DNA from: an uncultured virus (IMG/VR IMGVR_UViG_3300025122_005875)
Taxonomy: Duplodnaviria; Heunggongvirae; Uroviricota; Caudoviricetes
DNA length: 20,000 nt
Direction: 5' to 3' (one strand)
IMG/VR virus record: IMGVR_UViG_3300025122_005875
Shown: one piece after another, positions 16,995 through 20,000 of the stretch
Position numbering within the stretch: position 1 is the stretch's first letter
Layout of the letters: the number at the start of each line of letters is the position of its first letter
Program-made: the position numbers and the translations under genes
The notes under the pieces: generated by a model
Told to the model about the DNA's origin: nothing
The model's database searches: none
What the model saw: the letters and a program-made list of their open reading frames with translations, nothing else

Positions 16995-17237
16995 CTAACT
17001 AAGATTGGGATCATAGAGGGGGGCATCATCTTCCTCGGCTTGCGAATAAATTACCAACACGTATAGACCCTCCCACGTGGATGGAATCTTTTTGCGGGCA
17101 ATTCGAGCGTTGTCCGGTGTTCCGGCATCTACCACCAGAGTCCGGCCGAGGCCCCCGTTCTTTATAGTATACAGGTATTCTGATCCTAATTCAATAGCTG
17201 CTTTAAGTTTAAGAGTATCTTCTTTTAGGTGTGTCAC
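16995..17237 (-). CDS. Hypothetical protein
   Basis: 80 aa; its GTG start abuts the upstream stop and it fills the gap. Confidence 0.6.
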   Translation of the reverse strand: MTHLKEDTLKLKAAIELGSEYLYTIKNGGLGRTLVVDAGTPDNARIARKKIPSTWEGLYVLVIYSQAEEDDAPLYDPNLS

Positions 17238-17426
17238 TCAATCCTTCTTTCTTCGAGTCTTTCGATGAAGCTTCTCAAACAGAAGCTTTTTCCATAAAGT
17301 GTCTTCTATCTCTTCAGGAGGCATTTTCAGTGAATAGAGCCCAGCTAGAAGGAGTCGAATTTCCCGATTAGATAGATAAACCGTCTTTAAAAAAGGTGGT
17401 AGTTTTTTTCTCGACTCGAAAGACAT
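17238..17426 (-). CDS. Small basic hypothetical protein
   Basis: 62 aa; abuts the next gene on the same strand. Confidence 0.55.
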   Translation of the reverse strand: MSFESRKKLPPFLKTVYLSNREIRLLLAGLYSLKMPPEEIEDTLWKKLLFEKLHRKTRRKKD

Positions 17427-17467
17427 TTATATACTCAACCCTTAAGCGGACTCCTTTCTTTAATTAG

Positions 17468-18001
17468 TTAGTTGGCCGCTATTTTCCGTTGAACCTCGTA
17501 TTGATTAACGGCCTCATACAACAAAATATTAGCTGCCTGTGCTGTGTTAAGACAATATCCTACGCCGGGCATTGGAATATATAATATCTCAGAATGATGA
17601 ATTATTTCAGGGGGAATTCCGGATTGCTCGTTACCCACCACCAAAGTAATAGGGCTATTAAAATTGAAATCGTAAGAAGAGAGGGGTCTAGCCCCATCCA
17701 CCAACTCTGCAGATATAATTTGAATGCCTTCTTTTTTGGTATGATCCAAGAAAGCGCGCGGTGTGGTAAACTGAATAATTTCCACATAGTCAACCAAGCT
17801 GCCCGAGGTTGCCTTTATCCGGCTTCGTTCAGGAACGTGTCCAACCACATAAAGCCGTTCTGCACCAAAGCAAGCAGCACTCCTAACCAAATACCCAAGG
17901 TTATCATCAACGCGGAAATTGATAGCGCAGAGACTAATCGGATACTTTTTGGCAGTTGTAAGTTTTTTATCATACCGTTGGCGCCGAGTTTCAATTCTCA
18001 C
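17468..18001 (-). CDS. SpoU/TrmH-family RNA 2'-O-ribose methyltransferase
   Basis: SPOUT motif 1 NLGYLVRSAACFG, motif 2 LVVGNEQSGI and motif 3 IPMPGVGYCLNTAQAA.ILLYE. Confidence 0.93.
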   Translation of the reverse strand: MRIETRRQRYDKKLTTAKKYPISLCAINFRVDDNLGYLVRSAACFGAERLYVVGHVPERSRIKATSGSLVDYVEIIQFTTPRAFLDHTKKEGIQIISAELVDGARPLSSYDFNFNSPITLVVGNEQSGIPPEIIHHSEILYIPMPGVGYCLNTAQAANILLYEAVNQYEVQRKIAAN

Positions 18002-18273
18002 TTCTTACGGCGCTTTTTGTTGAGTTTAGCTTTACGACGTTTTTTCTCCTCACGCCGTAGTTTTGCCTCTTCCTCAAACGCCAATGCGGGATCTAGTCGC
18101 GTTTTAACCATGAAATCATCTCGCAATCGCGACCACTTAATTTTCACCTGTAAGCCTTCTTCTGCTAATATCTCTATTCTTTTACTGTTGGCCTCTTCAA
18201 ACGTAGCACATCGATTTCTAATTTTCCAAGGCATACCTTCGGTATGCTTCGTTTCTTCGTTTTTTTCTGTCAT
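17998..18273 (-). CDS. Hypothetical protein with basic C-terminal tail
   Basis: 91 aa. Strong SD AGGAGGT (18279-18285) 5 nt before the ATG. Ends KKRRKAKLNKKRRKK. Confidence 0.75.
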   Translation of the reverse strand: MTEKNEETKHTEGMPWKIRNRCATFEEANSKRIEILAEEGLQVKIKWSRLRDDFMVKTRLDPALAFEEEAKLRREEKKRRKAKLNKKRRKK

Positions 18274-18392
18274 CGTTTACCTCCTTTCTTTTTTTTACTT
18301 CCTTTGGAGCGGCTCTTTCTCTTTCTCTGGCCTAAGCTGCGCCGGCCTTTCTTTGAACCATTTCCTCTATGCTGGAACGCGCATATCTTCAT
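18270..18392 (-). CDS. 40-aa highly basic peptide
   Basis: Not in the ORF track. MKICAFQHRGNGSKKGRRSLGQRKRKSRSKGSKKKKGGKR, with ATGA overlaps to both neighbours (18389-18392 and 18270-18273). Confidence 0.65.
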   Translation of the reverse strand: MKICAFQHRGNGSKKGRRSLGQRKRKSRSKGSKKKKGGKR

Positions 18393-18616
18393 TTTGTTTC
18401 CTTCCATAAATAAGTTGCGGTATCTGGCCAATAGAATATTTCACCAGTATCCACTACTTGTATTTTATAGACTGTGATAGATTTGTCAAGTACTAATCCA
18501 ATAAATTTTCTTGTGTGGCCATGGCGGTCAGTGCGTGCGGCATCCGTGCACACCACCAGATCTCCTATTGTCGCCTGCTTTCGAGTCCGTTTGTATCCCA
18601 ACCGCCCTGTGTCCAT
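18389..18616 (-). CDS. Small SH3/KOW-like hypothetical protein
   Basis: IGDLVV...FIGLVLDK...YKIQVV...W pattern suggests a small beta-barrel. Start is uncertain because it overlaps the upstream gene by 52 nt. Confidence 0.55.
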   Translation of the reverse strand: MDTGRLGYKRTRKQATIGDLVVCTDAARTDRHGHTRKFIGLVLDKSITVYKIQVVDTGEIFYWPDTATYLWKETK

Positions 18617-19155
18617 TTTGAGTTCATTAAATGATTAATTTTATTATAATGTAAATAACCTAAAGCGTGTCCTATTTCATGTTCTAAAACTGTGTCCCGC
18701 ATATCATTTTTCAAGTAAATTATCGCCCAATCAACTTCCTTTGTGTCGTTATCTACATAAAAATGGGTCACCGCCAAGGAGTCTTCCCCTATCTCTATTC
18801 CTTGTCCTATAAGCCGTATGATAATATATCCTACAGGGTCGCTCTGTCTGCACTTATTTAAAGGATCGTGTTTAAATTGTGTTGTAAAAAAATGATGCCC
18901 CAAATCTTCCCAAAATTTTACAGCCTTTTTGACGGGAGCCTCTTTTATGGGGGCCGCATCGCATACTATCACAGTCGGAGCTCTTTTCCATGAAGCAACC
19001 CGAATAGGGCGATCATTAATAGCTGGGATTTTATCAAAGTTTGATTTATAATCACTGCCGCGGACATCTGAGACCATGGCCAACAGCAGAAAAACAGCCG
19101 CCAAAACAATACCCACCAAATAACCAGTTATAATGTGTTGTCGTTTACACCTCAT
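18565..19155 (-). CDS. Membrane-anchored or exported matrixin-like (metzincin) zinc protease
   Basis: HEIGHALGYLH (HExxHxxGxxH) followed by the Met-turn HLMN. N-terminal basic stretch plus hydrophobic LVGIVLAAVFLLLAM. ATG at 19155 preferred over TTG at 19173. Confidence 0.85.
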   Translation of the reverse strand: MRCKRQHIITGYLVGIVLAAVFLLLAMVSDVRGSDYKSNFDKIPAINDRPIRVASWKRAPTVIVCDAAPIKEAPVKKAVKFWEDLGHHFFTTQFKHDPLNKCRQSDPVGYIIIRLIGQGIEIGEDSLAVTHFYVDNDTKEVDWAIIYLKNDMRDTVLEHEIGHALGYLHYNKINHLMNSKWTQGGWDTNGLESRRQ

Positions 19156-19162
19156 GATATAT

Positions 19163-19672
19163 TTAGTTCTCAATATCTGTTTTATAATAAACAGGGGACC
19201 TAATAATCACGTCATAAGCGGCCTTTTCTATCACCAGCGTCATGACTTTATAAGATTCATCATCGGGGCGCCATATAAATTGAAGTATATTTTCAGAATT
19301 GCTCCATGACCAATCAAAATCGTTTCCTTTGTTTCTATCTTCAGTGATATGCAAACAATTGAATCTATCTTTGGTTAAAAGTTTTATTAGATTGTCATAA
19401 ATGGCTACGCCGCTGTACAGCACCAAATCAGTCCCGCACAAATATAAGCTTTCCGAATGTTCTAGCTCTAAAAAAATGTATCCCTTTAAAAGATCGTTAT
19501 CAAGCGTTTCAGAGCATCGCCACAATGCGGGTCGTTCAGGTGCTTCAGGATCAGCCCATGCACAATCAAGCTCAAAATATAGTTCTCCAAACTCATGATC
19601 TGGAGGAGGATCACACTCATCAGTACATCCGCTTATTATTAATAATATTATAATTAAATATAGTCTATACAC
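19163..19672 (-). CDS. Putative lipoprotein
   Basis: MYRLYLIIILLIISG|C signal peptide II with lipobox; the mature part is acidic and Cys-containing. Confidence 0.7.
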   Translation of the reverse strand: MYRLYLIIILLIISGCTDECDPPPDHEFGELYFELDCAWADPEAPERPALWRCSETLDNDLLKGYIFLELEHSESLYLCGTDLVLYSGVAIYDNLIKLLTKDRFNCLHITEDRNKGNDFDWSWSNSENILQFIWRPDDESYKVMTLVIEKAAYDVIIRSPVYYKTDIEN

Positions 19673-19695
19673 CCTATAATAGATAGGGAATAGTA

Positions 19696-19878
19696 TTATA
19701 AACTGGAATCTACAGTATCAATTTCTGCGTCAGCGGTTTCGAACAAAGCTTTAATCTTACCACCAAATTGTACAGTAATAGCGATGCAGATAATTGCAAT
19801 TGCAACCAAAATAATAACATATTCGGTCATTCCCTGACCGGCTTCATCTTTGTGAAATTTGGATAAAAAATTGCCCAT
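19696..19878 (-). CDS. flp: Flp/Fap (Tad-type) pilin
   Basis: MGNFLSKFHKDEAG|QGMTEYVIILVAIAIICIAI..FG..I...F: short leader, Gly at -1, Glu+5/Tyr+6 Flp motif, hydrophobic helix, 60 aa. SD AGGAG lies 7 nt before the ATG at 19878. Confidence 0.92.
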   Translation of the reverse strand: MGNFLSKFHKDEAGQGMTEYVIILVAIAIICIAITVQFGGKIKALFETADAEIDTVDSSL

Positions 19879-19912
19879 AATAGCACTCCTTAAAGTAACT
19901 ACTATGGGCAAT
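19870..19912 (-). promoter_or_regulatory. RNA hairpin sequestering the SD and start codon of flp
   Basis: Perfect 10-bp inverted repeat ATTGCCCATA (19870-19879) / TATGGGCAAT (19903-19912), extended inward in the mRNA by G-U, UAG/CUA and UACUU/GAGUG pairs. Confidence 0.7.
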
Positions 19913-20000
19913 CTAGTTTAGGATTGCGAAGTTGTTGTTGTTTTGTTATAAACTACATACAAAGTCATTAAGACTGTAACATTCGGCAGTTTGGCCGACA

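Noticed and set aside
17594..18409. 271-aa plus-strand ORF
   Set aside because: Antisense shadow of the SpoU gene and the K/R-rich genes; the F/S/L-rich composition is what that produces, and it has no motifs.
1..20000. Stop-codon reassignment as seen in some large phages
   Set aside because: Genes are intact under code 11, and TAA, TGA and TAG (for example 3182, 16995, 18565) all end genes at sensible boundaries.
19913..20000. 3' end of an upstream gene, and a short GTT repeat near 19931-19947
   Set aside because: Two minus-strand frames are open at the edge and cannot be told apart; the repeat is too short to mean anything.
1..20000. tRNA/rRNA genes, integrases or transposases
   Set aside because: Internal intergenic gaps are too short for RNA genes and no such protein motifs were recognised.

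Overview
Gene-dense window in which every credible gene (about 30) lies on the minus strand, mostly abutting or overlapping by a few bases (ATGA/TAATG/GTGA), with Shine-Dalgarno sites and the standard genetic code. There are no core cellular housekeeping genes. PIN-PhoH, a solo Cas4-like nuclease and many tiny hypotheticals suggest a large dsDNA bacteriophage, but this is inference because no capsid or terminase gene is in view. In transcription order (right to left): an envelope module (Flp pilin, lipoprotein, membrane-anchored matrixin protease); small basic proteins, including an unlisted 40-aa K/R-rich peptide; a SpoU RNA methyltransferase; a QueF homologue with no cysteine at all; an HIGH cytidylyltransferase; PIN-PhoH; a zincin; a Cas4-like nuclease; and a 12.4-kb glycan synthesis and decoration cluster (glycosyltransferases of GT-A, GT-B and GT-D types, WecB, acyltransferase, FkbM and TylF methyltransferases, sulfotransferase, miniature DegT) that runs off the left edge. 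The best leads are the catalytic-Cys-less QueF, the orphan Flp pilin whose SD and AUG are buried in a long hairpin, and the glycan-decorating cluster.
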